This document shows, piece after piece, positions 19,586 through 31,675 of a DNA stretch of 64,000 nt (positions are counted from its first letter, which is position 1; each line of letters starts with the position of its first letter). This stretch comes from Calditrichales bacterium (GTDB taxonomy: Bacteria; Calditrichota; Calditrichia; Calditrichales; J004), in NCBI GenBank assembly GCA_965267575.1, contig OZ254086.1:2432001-2496000 (forward strand), read 5' to 3'. The translations under genes were made by a program, and so were the position numbers. Below the pieces are notes generated by a model. That model did no database searches, was not told the DNA's origin, and saw nothing but the letters and a program-made list of their open reading frames with translations.

Positions 19586-19615
19586 TAAGACAGGCGCAGT
19601 TTTAAAACGGTTTCA
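19586..19615 (-). promoter_or_regulatory. ECF-sigma promoter for the DUF6249-like gene
   Basis: TGAAACCG-N14-CTGTCTTA. Confidence 0.7.
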
Positions 19616-19635
19616 GCTAAATAATTTTTTTTGGT

Positions 19636-19665
19636 TGAAACCGATATTAATTTCAGACTGTCTTA
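19636..19665 (+). promoter_or_regulatory. ECF-sigma autoregulatory promoter
   Basis: TGAAACCG-N14-CTGTCTTA, identical boxes to the divergent copy, ending 6 nt before the sigma ATG. Confidence 0.7.
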
Positions 19666-19671
19666 AGGGGT

Positions 19672-20241
19672 ATGGAAATGGAAGATACATATATCCGGCG
19701 ATTGAAGAGCGGCGATTCTTCGGCTCTGGAACCTCTGATGCGCCTGCACCAGGATATGGTGTTTACGGTCGCTTTGCGTATGGTGAAAGATCGTTCCGTG
19801 GCCGAAGAGGTGACACAGGATGTATTTATAAAGGTGTTCCGGAAAATTGACAGCTACGAACAACGCAGCAAGTTTACCACCTGGCTCTACACCATCGCCT
19901 ACAGAACGTGTCTTAACTATTTGCAGAAAAAAGACGTGACCGTTGCCCAAAGCAGGCTAAGCGATGCCCAACGCCGTCAGGGTGAGATTGATGACAGCCG
20001 CAGGGTTGCAACACCGCACAAAAAGCGCGAGGACCAGGAGGCAATCTGGCAGGCCATAGACACGCTGGAGCCGCTGCAGGGGGTAACAATAAGCCTGTTT
20101 TACCTGCAGATGTTCAGCGTAAAGGAGATATCGGACATAATGGAAATACCGGAAAATACCGTAAAAACCCACCTGCACCGCGGCAGAAAGGAGTTGCGCA
20201 AAGTTCTGCTGGCGCAATATCGCGACGAGGAGTTGGTATGA
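19672..20241 (+). CDS. ECF RNA polymerase sigma factor (SigW/RpoE-like)
   Basis: AEEVTQDVFIK, KFTTWLYTIA and NTVKTHLHRGRK motifs. Confidence 0.95.
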   Translation: MEMEDTYIRRLKSGDSSALEPLMRLHQDMVFTVALRMVKDRSVAEEVTQDVFIKVFRKIDSYEQRSKFTTWLYTIAYRTCLNYLQKKDVTVAQSRLSDAQRRQGEIDDSRRVATPHKKREDQEAIWQAIDTLEPLQGVTISLFYLQMFSVKEISDIMEIPENTVKTHLHRGRKELRKVLLAQYRDEELV

Positions 20242-20738
20242 AACAACATGTGAATGAAAAAAGAATCGAATCCGTATTTGAAAACCGCCTGGAGTTTTCC
20301 AGTGAAGAAAAGCAGCATATCGAACAGTGCCCTTCCTGCCGCTCGCTTGTCGATCAGGAGCAGAGGCTGGATGCAATACTGCGCGGCCTGAAGGCTCAGA
20401 AAGCGCCTCGCGGCCTGCTGCAAAAAGTTTTGGAAAAGGCAAGCGTTCGCAATAACGGTCGCGACTGGTGGTTTGTCGCCGCCGCCTTTTCGCTTGCTGT
20501 TTTAAGCGGATACTACATCTTTACCAGTAATCCGATCATTGCTGAAATTTTTTCAGCTTTTGGATTATGGCTCTCTCCGATTGCGGAAAAAGCGGCAAGT
20601 TACCTGCCCAAAGTCTCCTTTGGTATCAATATTTCCGGGGGCCTTCCGTTTAATGTCAATTTACTGCTTGCCGGTGTTTTGGCCTTCGGCTTTTTTATGA
20701 TGCTGGATCGCTTTTGGGGCAGGCGTTTCAGGCATTAA
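20238..20738 (+). CDS. Zinc-finger (ZAS) membrane anti-sigma factor
   Basis: HIEQCPSC (HxxxCxxC) plus TM helices; overlaps the sigma stop. Confidence 0.8.
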   Translation: MKQHVNEKRIESVFENRLEFSSEEKQHIEQCPSCRSLVDQEQRLDAILRGLKAQKAPRGLLQKVLEKASVRNNGRDWWFVAAAFSLAVLSGYYIFTSNPIIAEIFSAFGLWLSPIAEKAASYLPKVSFGINISGGLPFNVNLLLAGVLAFGFFMMLDRFWGRRFRH

Positions 20739-20864
20739 CGCGTTAAAGTGCCAGAGTGCTAGTGTGTTTAGGTGTTAGAGTTTTCGGTAGCTGTGTAGTT
20801 TCTCCATTTGCATTTTAGAATCATTGATTCATCTATTCAGCGATTCAATTCTTCAGCCATTCAT
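20737..20864. repeat. Two degenerate 8-bp-period tandem tracts
   Basis: aacgcgtt/aaagtgcc/agagtgct/agtgtgtt/taggtgtt/agagtttt and agaatcat/tgattcat/ctattcag/cgattcaa/ttcttcag/ccattcat. Confidence 0.5.
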
Positions 20865-20929
20865 CTCATTGCTTGTACTTCCAAAATTAGCAGTTGATGC
20901 AATGGGATGAGCATTGTAAATTTGCCCTC

Positions 20930-21847
20930 ATGAAAAAGTCAATCACACCTTTGACCACTTTCGAAACATCCCTGATACCCGCCACTACCCACTTTTTGAA
21001 TAAGGCGCTGGACTACGATTTCTTTACCGAGAACCTGCTCAAAGACAAGACCCTCGATGATCCGGACTATGATGCGGATTTGTGCTTGCTGTTGCTGGAA
21101 AATGAACTACCGCAAGCGTTTGCAATGGGTGTTATCCGCAGAAACATTCGTGGCGAAGATATTGCCTATATAAAACTGCTGGCCGTTGCGCCACCGCGCC
21201 GCCGCCAAGGCCTGGCTTCTCGTTTATACTATCAGTTGGAACAGGCCTTTCGCGAGCAGGGTGCAGACAAAGTGCGCGTGTACGATGCGCCGTTTAATTA
21301 CTTCATGCCCGGCATCGATCCTCGCTACACGGAAGCGATCGCTTTTTTTGAACGGCTGGGCTTTAAGCGATTTGCCGACACATCCAACATGAATGTGGAT
21401 CTGCTGGCGCGCGATTGGGACACAAAACGGGAAGAAGATGCGCTAAAAAAGGCGAATATTCACATTAGACGCTGCCATGCCGATGATGAAAAGGTGTTAA
21501 TGGATTTTGTGGACAAATGGTTTGACTTGTGGCGTCCGGAGGTAGAACGCATGTTGCAGAATAAGCCGCGCAGCGTACATATCGCTTTTGAAGAGGATGA
21601 AATGGTCGCGTTTTCCGGTCATTCCGGAAATAATGCGGGCATGCCCTGGTTTGGCCCTATGGGTACGCACCCCGAAAAGCGTGGTCGTGGCGTTGGCGGC
21701 ATTTTGCTTAAGCGTTGCCTGCGTGATCTTAAACAGGAGGGCTACAGCAGGGCGATCATTCCCTGGGTGGGTCCGGTTTCCTTTTACCAGTATCACGCGG
21801 CTGCACGTGTTGATCGTATCTTCTGGCGCTACGAAAAACATCTTTAA
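20930..21847 (+). CDS. Tandem GNAT-family N-acetyltransferase
   Basis: Two acetyl-CoA motifs (RRQGLA, RGRGVG); FGPMG motif. Confidence 0.85.
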   Translation: MKKSITPLTTFETSLIPATTHFLNKALDYDFFTENLLKDKTLDDPDYDADLCLLLLENELPQAFAMGVIRRNIRGEDIAYIKLLAVAPPRRRQGLASRLYYQLEQAFREQGADKVRVYDAPFNYFMPGIDPRYTEAIAFFERLGFKRFADTSNMNVDLLARDWDTKREEDALKKANIHIRRCHADDEKVLMDFVDKWFDLWRPEVERMLQNKPRSVHIAFEEDEMVAFSGHSGNNAGMPWFGPMGTHPEKRGRGVGGILLKRCLRDLKQEGYSRAIIPWVGPVSFYQYHAAARVDRIFWRYEKHL

Positions 21848-21853
21848 TTGCTT

Positions 21854-22801
21854 ATGGCTTCTTTGAAGATTGGGCTGGTGCTCGGCGGTGGCGGTGCCCG
21901 CGGTCTGGCGCATATCGGCGTACTTAAGGTCCTGGAGAAAAATAATATCCCCATCCATGTGATTACGGGAACGAGCATGGGCGCCCTCATCGGCGCGCTA
22001 TATGCGCAGCATCCCGATGCGGAATGGGTGGAAAACCGTGTTCAGCAATTCCTGAATAGTGACGTTTTCCGGCGCTCCGGCGGCAATGTTTTTAAACAAC
22101 ACCGCGCGGATTATGAACCGGAAGACGTTCTGCGCCAGCTGAGTCATCGTATAAAAAAGCGCATTGTGATCAACCTGGCGGCGCACCGCATCAGCCTGAT
22201 GAAGGGCGAGCGGCTGCAGCTGGCCATTGACGAGCTGATCGACGACGGCAAAATAGAGGATACAAAGATACCGTTTGCCTGCGCATCCACGGACCTGCGC
22301 TACGGGGAAACGGTTGTTTTTACAAATGGCAGCCTGCGTTACGCTTTACGCGCCAGTGCCGCTATTCCGGGCTTTATCCCGCCCGTGGCGCAAAACGGTC
22401 GTCTGCTTATCGACGGCAGCGTATGCAACAATTTTCCCGTGGAAGCGGCCCGCATGCTGGGCGCGAATTTCATTATCGCCAGCGATGTTATGCTGGACGT
22501 TGATCCCAAAATTGAGTTGAAAAACGTTATTGATATTGTTATACGCTCCAACATGGTTTCCACCAATGCTGTTAATTCACTGCTGCTGGAAAAGGTAGAG
22601 CATGTAATTCGCCCGCAGACAGGCAAGACCCATTGGAGCGATTTTGAAGATTTTGACTCTCTTTTCCGTAAAGGATATGACGCGGCACATGAGGAGATTG
22701 AAAAGATAAAATTGCACATTAGCCGAAGGAACTCTTTGACCGGTCGCGTAAAGTACTGGCTGTACAATTGGATAAAAAACTGGTATTTGAATGGCATCTG
22801 A
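21854..22801 (+). CDS. Patatin-like phospholipase (RssA/NTE family)
   Basis: GGGGARG, GTSMG and DGS motifs. Confidence 0.92.
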   Translation: MASLKIGLVLGGGGARGLAHIGVLKVLEKNNIPIHVITGTSMGALIGALYAQHPDAEWVENRVQQFLNSDVFRRSGGNVFKQHRADYEPEDVLRQLSHRIKKRIVINLAAHRISLMKGERLQLAIDELIDDGKIEDTKIPFACASTDLRYGETVVFTNGSLRYALRASAAIPGFIPPVAQNGRLLIDGSVCNNFPVEAARMLGANFIIASDVMLDVDPKIELKNVIDIVIRSNMVSTNAVNSLLLEKVEHVIRPQTGKTHWSDFEDFDSLFRKGYDAAHEEIEKIKLHISRRNSLTGRVKYWLYNWIKNWYLNGI

Positions 22802-23975
22802 GATAAAACGCGCTTTTTGCATCGTTCTGGACGGTGTCGGCATAGGTTCTCTTCCCGATGCAGCCTCCTATGGGGATGACGGAAGCGATACGCTGGGACA
22901 CATCGCCCGGCATGTTAATGGTCTAAACCTGCCTACAATGGAGAGCATGGGCCTCGGCAATATCCGGGCGTTGCAAGGCGTTGAACCACAGCATAGCGCG
23001 TTGGGCTGTTACGGCAAAATGGCGGAAGTTTCTGCCGGTAAAGATTCGACCACCGGCCATTGGGAGATTGCCGGCATTCAGCTGGACAAGCCTTTTCCAA
23101 CTTACCCCAACGGCTTTCCGAGGGAAGTGATTGAATCATTTGAAGAGCAAACCGGTCGCAAAACGCTTGGCAATAAAACCGCTTCCGGCACCGACATCAT
23201 TAAAGAACTCGGGGAAGCGCATATTGCATCCGGCGATTTGATCGTTTACACATCCGCCGATTCCGTTTTTCAGATTGCCGCCCACACAGATATTGTGCCG
23301 TTGGAAGAGTTGTACCGTTTTTGCCGTATCGCCCGCGAAATTTTGCAGGGTGAGCATGCCGTCGCCCGCGTGATAGCGCGTCCTTTCAGCGGCAAAAACG
23401 CCGATGATTTTACCCGCACAAAAGACCGTAAAGATTTTTCCATAAAGCCATTTTCAGAAACGGTGCATGCGGCGTTATTGTCCGCGGGGATACATACGGT
23501 GGGTATCGGCAAAGTAAACGATCTGTACGCCTGTTGCGGAATTGCCGAAAGCCACTATACAAAAACAAACGCTGAAGGCATGCAGGCACTGGAAGAAGCA
23601 CTGGACCTGGAAAAACAATCCTTTGTGATGGCCAATCTTGTGGACTTTGATACATTGTATGGTCATCGCAACGATCCCGATGGATTTTATGCGGCGCTCA
23701 GGGAATTCGACGGCTGGTTGCCCCGTTTCCTTAAACGTATGCAAAACAATGACTTACTGATCATCATCGCCGATCACGGCAATGATCCCCTTTTCCCGGG
23801 AACGGATCATACCCGCGAATATGTCCCGCTGCTCGCTTACGGACCCTCTCTGCGAAACAATCAGGATCTTGGTTCACGCAAAACTTTCAGTGATATAAGT
23901 GCAACCTTGCGGGACTATTTTGATGTCTCACGTGGTTCCACAGGCAGCAGTTTTTTGGATCAACTAATAAAATGA
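22791..23975 (+). CDS. deoB: Phosphopentomutase
   Basis: IVLDGVGIG, GKDSTTGHWE, YTSADSVFQIAAH, NLVDFD, GHRND, ADHGNDP and DHTREYVP motifs. Confidence 0.97.
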   Translation: MASEIKRAFCIVLDGVGIGSLPDAASYGDDGSDTLGHIARHVNGLNLPTMESMGLGNIRALQGVEPQHSALGCYGKMAEVSAGKDSTTGHWEIAGIQLDKPFPTYPNGFPREVIESFEEQTGRKTLGNKTASGTDIIKELGEAHIASGDLIVYTSADSVFQIAAHTDIVPLEELYRFCRIAREILQGEHAVARVIARPFSGKNADDFTRTKDRKDFSIKPFSETVHAALLSAGIHTVGIGKVNDLYACCGIAESHYTKTNAEGMQALEEALDLEKQSFVMANLVDFDTLYGHRNDPDGFYAALREFDGWLPRFLKRMQNNDLLIIIADHGNDPLFPGTDHTREYVPLLAYGPSLRNNQDLGSRKTFSDISATLRDYFDVSRGSTGSSFLDQLIK

Positions 23976-23985
23976 GAGCAAACGG

Positions 23986-24255
23986 ATGCTTTTAGGAAAA
24001 GTGATTGGCACGGTGTGGGCTACACGCAAAGACGAAAAGCTCACGGGGATGAAACTATTGCTGGTGCGGCATGTTGAACCGGACTACAGTTTTAAAAACA
24101 GTTATGTTGTGGCCGCGGACAGCGTGGGTGCGGGCGTTGGAGAAATTGTAATGATAACGACGGGAAGTTCTGCGCGGCAGTCTAAGCTTACCGATGGCAA
24201 GCCTGTCGACGCGGTTGTTTCCGGCATCATAGATAAAGTTGATATCGTGGAGTGA
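23986..24255 (+). CDS. EutN/CcmL-family microcompartment vertex (BMC-P) protein
   Basis: GKVIGTVWATRK...AADSVGAGVGE...GSSAR...VDAVVSGIID. Confidence 0.92.
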   Translation: MLLGKVIGTVWATRKDEKLTGMKLLLVRHVEPDYSFKNSYVVAADSVGAGVGEIVMITTGSSARQSKLTDGKPVDAVVSGIIDKVDIVE

Positions 24256-24259
24256 TGGA

Positions 24260-24529
24260 ATGGATTTGGGTCGTGTCATCGGGTCGGTTTGGGCCACGCA
24301 AAAACATGAGCCTCTGGAAGGGCTGAAGCTTTATCTGGTCCAGCCGGAAGATATTGAAGGAAACAAAAACGGCAGCGTTTTGATTGCCGCAGATACGGTC
24401 GGCGCCGGAATCGGAGAGCTGGTCTATTACACTACCGCCTATGAAGCCGTAATACCTTTACGCAAAAAGCCGGCATTGTGTGATGCATCCATAGTGGGAA
24501 TTGTGGAGAAACTGGAGGTACAGCGATGA
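24260..24529 (+). CDS. EutN/CcmL-family microcompartment vertex (BMC-P) protein, second paralogue
   Basis: GRVIGSVWATQK...AADTVGAGIGE...DASIVGIVE. Confidence 0.9.
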   Translation: MDLGRVIGSVWATQKHEPLEGLKLYLVQPEDIEGNKNGSVLIAADTVGAGIGELVYYTTAYEAVIPLRKKPALCDASIVGIVEKLEVQR

Positions 24530-24822
24530 CTTTAAGAGACAAAATGTCCCGCCTTCTGAAGGATTCTCTTGATTATGCGACCGAAGTTACGTCAGAATAT
24601 ACGCGTAAGGGCCGCATACGTCTTGAAATACTGGCCCTTAAAAAAGAGATAGAAGAAAAAATGTTGCAACTTGGCGGGGATGTTTATCATCTGGTAAAAG
24701 AAGACGGCGCAAAAATGGTTGAGCAGCATAACCGAGTAAGCCACCTGATCCGCCAAATAGAGGAGCTGGAAAAAGAGCTCGAAGATTGGATGACAAAGCT
24801 AAAACAAGTAAACAATGGCTGA
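24526..24822 (+). CDS. Hypothetical coiled-coil protein
   Basis: Clean ORF translationally coupled to the second BMC-P gene. Confidence 0.7.
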   Translation: MTLRDKMSRLLKDSLDYATEVTSEYTRKGRIRLEILALKKEIEEKMLQLGGDVYHLVKEDGAKMVEQHNRVSHLIRQIEELEKELEDWMTKLKQVNNG

Positions 24823-24915
24823 AATGGCCGATAATAAAGAAAAAGTTTAAAAATATAAACAATTGTTGTATTTTAAAAACTTTTGCGCAAAAAGTAAAAA
24901 ACCGGAGAAGCTTCT

Positions 24916-25761
24916 GTGAGTGATTTTTTTATAAGCAAAAACCAATCCCTGGAAAACTATCTGCGTGAGATAGGCGAAGTAAAATTGCTAACGCCTGATG
25001 AAGAAATCGAGCTGGCCAAACGCATCAAGCAAAACGATCAGCGGGCGCTGAAGCGTCTTGTGAGTGCCAACCTGCGATTTGTGGTCAGTGTTGCCAAATC
25101 ATATCAAAATTACGGACTTTCGCTCGAAGATCTTATAAACGAGGGTAACCTTGGTTTGATGAAAGCGGCTTACCGGTTTGATGAAACGCGTGGTTTTAAG
25201 TTTATTTCCTATGCCGTTTGGTGGATCAAGCAGTCCATTCTGCAGGCGATTGCTGAACAATCGAGACTTGTGCGTTTGCCGCTTAACCGTGTGGGCACAC
25301 TTACAAAAATCGGTAAAGTATACAGTATGCTGGAGCAGGAGTATGAGCGTGAGCCCACTCCGGAAGAGATTGCCAATGTACTGGAAGTGGACAGCGGTGA
25401 CATCACCGATACGATTAAAATGGCTACCCGTTCGGTCTCAATGGATTCGCCATTGCAAAAGAACAGCGACAGCCGTTTGATAGATATTATACAGAACCAG
25501 CAGGATCCGGAACCGGATTCTGATGTGATGGGTGAATCATTAAAAGAAGAAGTAAACTATATCCTTTCAACGCTGAGTGCGCGCGAAGCAAAAATTCTTA
25601 AGCTCTACTTTGGGCTTGACGGAGAGAAGCCACACACGCTAGAAGAGATTGGTGTAAAATTTAAATTAACCCGTGAACGTGTGCGTCAGATCAAAGAGAA
25701 AGCTCTTCGCCGCTTGCGCCATAGTTCAAGAAGCAAAGTGTTGAGGTACTATTTAGGATAA
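24916..25761 (+). CDS. RpoD/SigA-family sigma-70 factor lacking region 1.1
   Basis: [29 protein letters not shown] and [13 protein letters not shown] motifs; GTG start with GGAG RBS. Confidence 0.93.
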   Translation: MSDFFISKNQSLENYLREIGEVKLLTPDEEIELAKRIKQNDQRALKRLVSANLRFVVSVAKSYQNYGLSLEDLINEGNLGLMKAAYRFDETRGFKFISYAVWWIKQSILQAIAEQSRLVRLPLNRVGTLTKIGKVYSMLEQEYEREPTPEEIANVLEVDSGDITDTIKMATRSVSMDSPLQKNSDSRLIDIIQNQQDPEPDSDVMGESLKEEVNYILSTLSAREAKILKLYFGLDGEKPHTLEEIGVKFKLTRERVRQIKEKALRRLRHSSRSKVLRYYLG

Positions 25762-25898
25762 AATGCCCTAAACACCTGTAAAATCACGACTTTTTCGTTT
25801 ATTCGGTGCTTGCTTGATTAATTTTTTTTACGTAGGTTGTGATTAGCTTAACAATTGTATTGTTTGTGCTCGGGGGGAACGATTAAGGAACAGAGTCC

Positions 25899-26840
25899 AT
25901 GAAGGATGAATCGCGACTGATATTTGTTGCTAAAGACCAAAAAGCTGTCAGAGAATTTAAAATATCTCGCCTGAAATTGTTTACCTACATTTCCATTTTC
26001 CTAGTAAGTTTTACTTTCTTTGGAAAAATAGGTCTGGATTTGTTGGTGGATTTTAGTCATAATTCACGCATTAAAACACTCGAGAGAACCAATGCTGTTC
26101 TCAAAGACCGTTTGCTTGAAGCCAAAACCCGCATAGATAGCATTAATCTTGCCATCGCAGATATCATTCGTAAAGATGACCAGCTGCGCGTTGTGCTGGG
26201 CTTAGATAAGCTCAGTTCGGATATGCGCGAAGTGGGTATCGGGGGTGCTGACTTTAATTATGATTTTAAAGACGAAGTAAGCGGCTTTGAAGACAACATC
26301 GGGTTGGGTGAGCAGCTTTCCGAGTTGGCCAAACTGGAGCGTGAAGTGGCGCTTGCCAGGCGCAGTTATGAAGAGTTGATGGTTACCTTTAACAGCAAAC
26401 AGGATTCCATTCAATTCCTGCCTTCACTTAAACCCGTTCTTGACGGTTTTGTCTCCAGCAATTATGGAATGAGACGCCATCCTATTCTTAAAAGAGTCCG
26501 GCATCATGATGGTATGGATTTTTCAGCCCGCCGCGGCACACCCGTGTACGCTTCAGCTGATGGCCATGTGGCCTATGTTGGCTATGCCGGCGGCTACGGC
26601 AAGGTTGTAAAAATTAACCACAAATACGGTTATGAGACATTTTACGGTCACCTTGATAAGTATGTAGTGCGAAAAGGTCAGGAAATAAAGCGCGGCCAGA
26701 AACTAGGTGAAGTGGGCAGCACGGGCCTCTCCACAAGTTCGCACCTGCACTATGAAGTGCGCTTTAAAGGTAAGCCTGTTAATCCCGAATTATATTATTT
26801 CGATGACAACATTCTCAACGAGATGGTTGTTCAAAAGTAG
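25899..26840 (+). CDS. M23-family metallopeptidase
   Basis: HDGMD and HLHYEV motifs; N-terminal TM helix and coiled coil. Confidence 0.92.
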   Translation: MKDESRLIFVAKDQKAVREFKISRLKLFTYISIFLVSFTFFGKIGLDLLVDFSHNSRIKTLERTNAVLKDRLLEAKTRIDSINLAIADIIRKDDQLRVVLGLDKLSSDMREVGIGGADFNYDFKDEVSGFEDNIGLGEQLSELAKLEREVALARRSYEELMVTFNSKQDSIQFLPSLKPVLDGFVSSNYGMRRHPILKRVRHHDGMDFSARRGTPVYASADGHVAYVGYAGGYGKVVKINHKYGYETFYGHLDKYVVRKGQEIKRGQKLGEVGSTGLSTSSHLHYEVRFKGKPVNPELYYFDDNILNEMVVQK

Positions 26841-26861
26841 TTAAAAACACTTTTAAAATTT

Positions 26862-26887
26862 AAACCGCCCACGTGGCGGTTTTTTTG
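26862..26887 (+). terminator. Intrinsic terminator
   Basis: AAACCGCC-CACGT-GGCGGTTT followed by a T-run. Confidence 0.75.
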
Positions 26888-26902
26888 TTTGTGGTCAGCT
26901 AA

Positions 26903-27871
26903 ATGAAAAAATACCTGTACCTTTTAGCGATTGCATTTTTGGTCTCTTCCGTTGCAGGCCAGGATAGCATTAAGATTTATTTTACGGGCGACGTCACCCT
27001 CTCCAATCATTTCGAGAATCATGTCGGCCGCAATTATGGCTATGCGTTTGAACGCATGCCCTGGTTCGCCGATGCTGATATTAGCATGGTAAATCTGGAA
27101 AACCCTCTTACGAGACGGGGTGAACCACAGGAAAAGCTGTTTACTTTCAGGGCGCCTCCGGAGTATTGTGAAGTGCTTAAGGCCGGCGGTATTGATATAG
27201 TGACTTTAGCCAATAACCATATGTATGATTTTGGTGATGCCGGCTTGCTCGACACGATCGAATATTTGCGTAAAGCAGGGATTCTTTATGTTGGTGCGGG
27301 GCGTAATATGGATGAAGCACGCGCGCCCGTTATTATGGAGATTAAAGGTCTCCGAGTGGCATTTTTAGGTTACTATGGAACAGGCCGCCATTCCAACTCG
27401 CGTCCGGCAACGGCAGATTCCGCAGGGACGGCAATGCGCTACTTACCCTATATCGAAACGGATATAGCCGCTATACGCGACAAAGTAGATTATATCATTA
27501 TCAACTTTCACTGGGGGTTGGAAAAGGCAAATTACCCCACGCCCGAAGAACAGTACTTCGCGCGCAAGGTTGTTGATGCCGGTGCTGATGTCATTGTAGG
27601 ACATCATCCACATGTACTTCAGGGGATAGAGAAGTATAAGGGCAGGATAATTGCTTATTCGCTTGGGAATTTTATTTTTGGCGGCAATTCGCGGACGCAT
27701 GAGAAGTCGGCGATACTGGAATTAAAATTAAGCAAAGATAATATGCAGGCTGATATAATCCCCATTTCTATCGACTTTTGGCAGCCTTCACGGCTGAATG
27801 GAGAGGCGGCAAAAGCGGTCATAGATTCAGTGAAAAAGTATTCAACAATATTTGAAGAAACGATTTTTTAA
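26903..27871 (+). CDS. CapA-family (poly-gamma-glutamate synthesis-like) metallophosphoesterase
   Basis: GDV, NLE, LANNH, HWG, GHHPH and YSLGNF motifs. Confidence 0.92.
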   Translation: MKKYLYLLAIAFLVSSVAGQDSIKIYFTGDVTLSNHFENHVGRNYGYAFERMPWFADADISMVNLENPLTRRGEPQEKLFTFRAPPEYCEVLKAGGIDIVTLANNHMYDFGDAGLLDTIEYLRKAGILYVGAGRNMDEARAPVIMEIKGLRVAFLGYYGTGRHSNSRPATADSAGTAMRYLPYIETDIAAIRDKVDYIIINFHWGLEKANYPTPEEQYFARKVVDAGADVIVGHHPHVLQGIEKYKGRIIAYSLGNFIFGGNSRTHEKSAILELKLSKDNMQADIIPISIDFWQPSRLNGEAAKAVIDSVKKYSTIFEETIF

Positions 27872-27917
27872 GCTTACTTTTAAAGTTTTGTATTATTAAA
27901 ATTGTATTGGAATTATC

Positions 27918-28204
27918 ATGTCGGTTAGCGTGAAAGACCTGGAGAAAATAGCCCAACTGGCGCGGCTCAATTTAAGCGAGGAAGAGAAAAAGACATTCCT
28001 GGCGCAGTTCAATGACATCCTTGGTTATGTGGAAAAGCTTTCCGAACTGGACACGGAGGGAGTTGAGCCTTTGGCCCATAGCCTGGACCTGCAAAATGTG
28101 ATGCGCGAAGATAAAGAAAAACCTTCGCTGGATCGTGACAAGGCGCTGCAGAACGCGCCATCGCACAACTCCGAATTTTTCCGGGTACCGAAGGTCGTAT
28201 CAAA

Positions 28205-28208
<4 letters not shown>
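27918..28208 (+). CDS. gatC: Asp/Glu-tRNA amidotransferase subunit C
   Basis: IAQLARL...LDTEGVEP...NVMRED...FRVPKV. Confidence 0.95.
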
Positions 28209-30575
<2,367 letters not shown>

Positions 30576-30626
30576 CTTATGCTTCATACCGAGTTTTAAC
30601 ATAATACCCCACGGTTTAAAGCTGGT

Positions 30627-31604
30627 ATGAGAGAATCATTAAAAAAGAAAATAGCGCTCGTTAAATGCTCCGATGAGCTTAGGCCGCAAGTCCGCGAATG
30701 GCTGGTTCAGATGCCCGGGCAAACGGATACTGTGTTTGCCGCTTCTTTCCTGGAAATAAAGGATAAAGTGGTTTTTGATGATATTATCCTGGTACTTTCC
30801 GAGCTGAACACTGAACACGACAAAAGCATCGAGTTTCTGCGCTCTGTCATGTCGGTTAACCCGCTTATCCAGCGCATCGCCATCCTGAATGATCTTGATT
30901 TTTCTTCCCTGAGTCGTGCCGTAAACCGCGCCCATATTGACTACGTCATAACCAAGCCGCTGGACAAAATGCATTTTCAACATATCGTTCATAAAGCGCT
31001 GCGCCGCTACGAGATTGTCTCCAAGCCGTTCCGCAAGTTCGAGGTTTTAAGTGAGGTGACCGAAGACCTGCTGCAGCAAAATGAGCGTTTTCGCCAGGAA
31101 GCATCCAGCGACCCTTTGACCAAGCTGCTTAACCGCCGCTCGTTCGATTCCTTCTGCATGCGTTTCTGGGAGCGCTGGCAGCGCAGCCAGGTTACCTTTT
31201 GCCTGGCGCTGATCGATCTGGACCATTTCAAATCGATCAATGACACGTACGGACATGTCTGCGGGGACGAAGTTTTGCGCAGCGTGGCACAAATGCTGCA
31301 AAAGAACCAACGCTCGGGTATCGACTTTGCGTTTCGCTACGGCGGGGAGGAATTCGCCGTCTTGTCGATTACCACGGAGCCGGATGAGATGCATAACTAC
31401 ATCAAAAGGCTGGTGCGCGAATTGCGCGAAAGCGTGATCCGTACGGGCGACGGCAAGCAGGTCCGCGTTACGATGAGTGCCGGTATTTCAACCGTCTATA
31501 CCAGCGACTCCCTGGAAGAATTAATCGCCAAAGCCGACGAAGCACTGTATAAAGCTAAAGAAGCCGGACGCGACCGCGCCATACTCAATTACGATCTTTT
31601 TTAG
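30627..31604 (+). CDS. Diguanylate cyclase with degenerate receiver-like N-terminus
   Basis: DPLTKLLNRR, DLDHFKSINDTYGH and RYGGEEF motifs. Confidence 0.92.
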   Translation: MRESLKKKIALVKCSDELRPQVREWLVQMPGQTDTVFAASFLEIKDKVVFDDIILVLSELNTEHDKSIEFLRSVMSVNPLIQRIAILNDLDFSSLSRAVNRAHIDYVITKPLDKMHFQHIVHKALRRYEIVSKPFRKFEVLSEVTEDLLQQNERFRQEASSDPLTKLLNRRSFDSFCMRFWERWQRSQVTFCLALIDLDHFKSINDTYGHVCGDEVLRSVAQMLQKNQRSGIDFAFRYGGEEFAVLSITTEPDEMHNYIKRLVRELRESVIRTGDGKQVRVTMSAGISTVYTSDSLEELIAKADEALYKAKEAGRDRAILNYDLF

Positions 31605-31675
31605 TCATACCAAAAATTACCTTCCACGCATATTTCTTAGTACATTAGCTGCTTTCACAAAATGGCACAGGGAAA

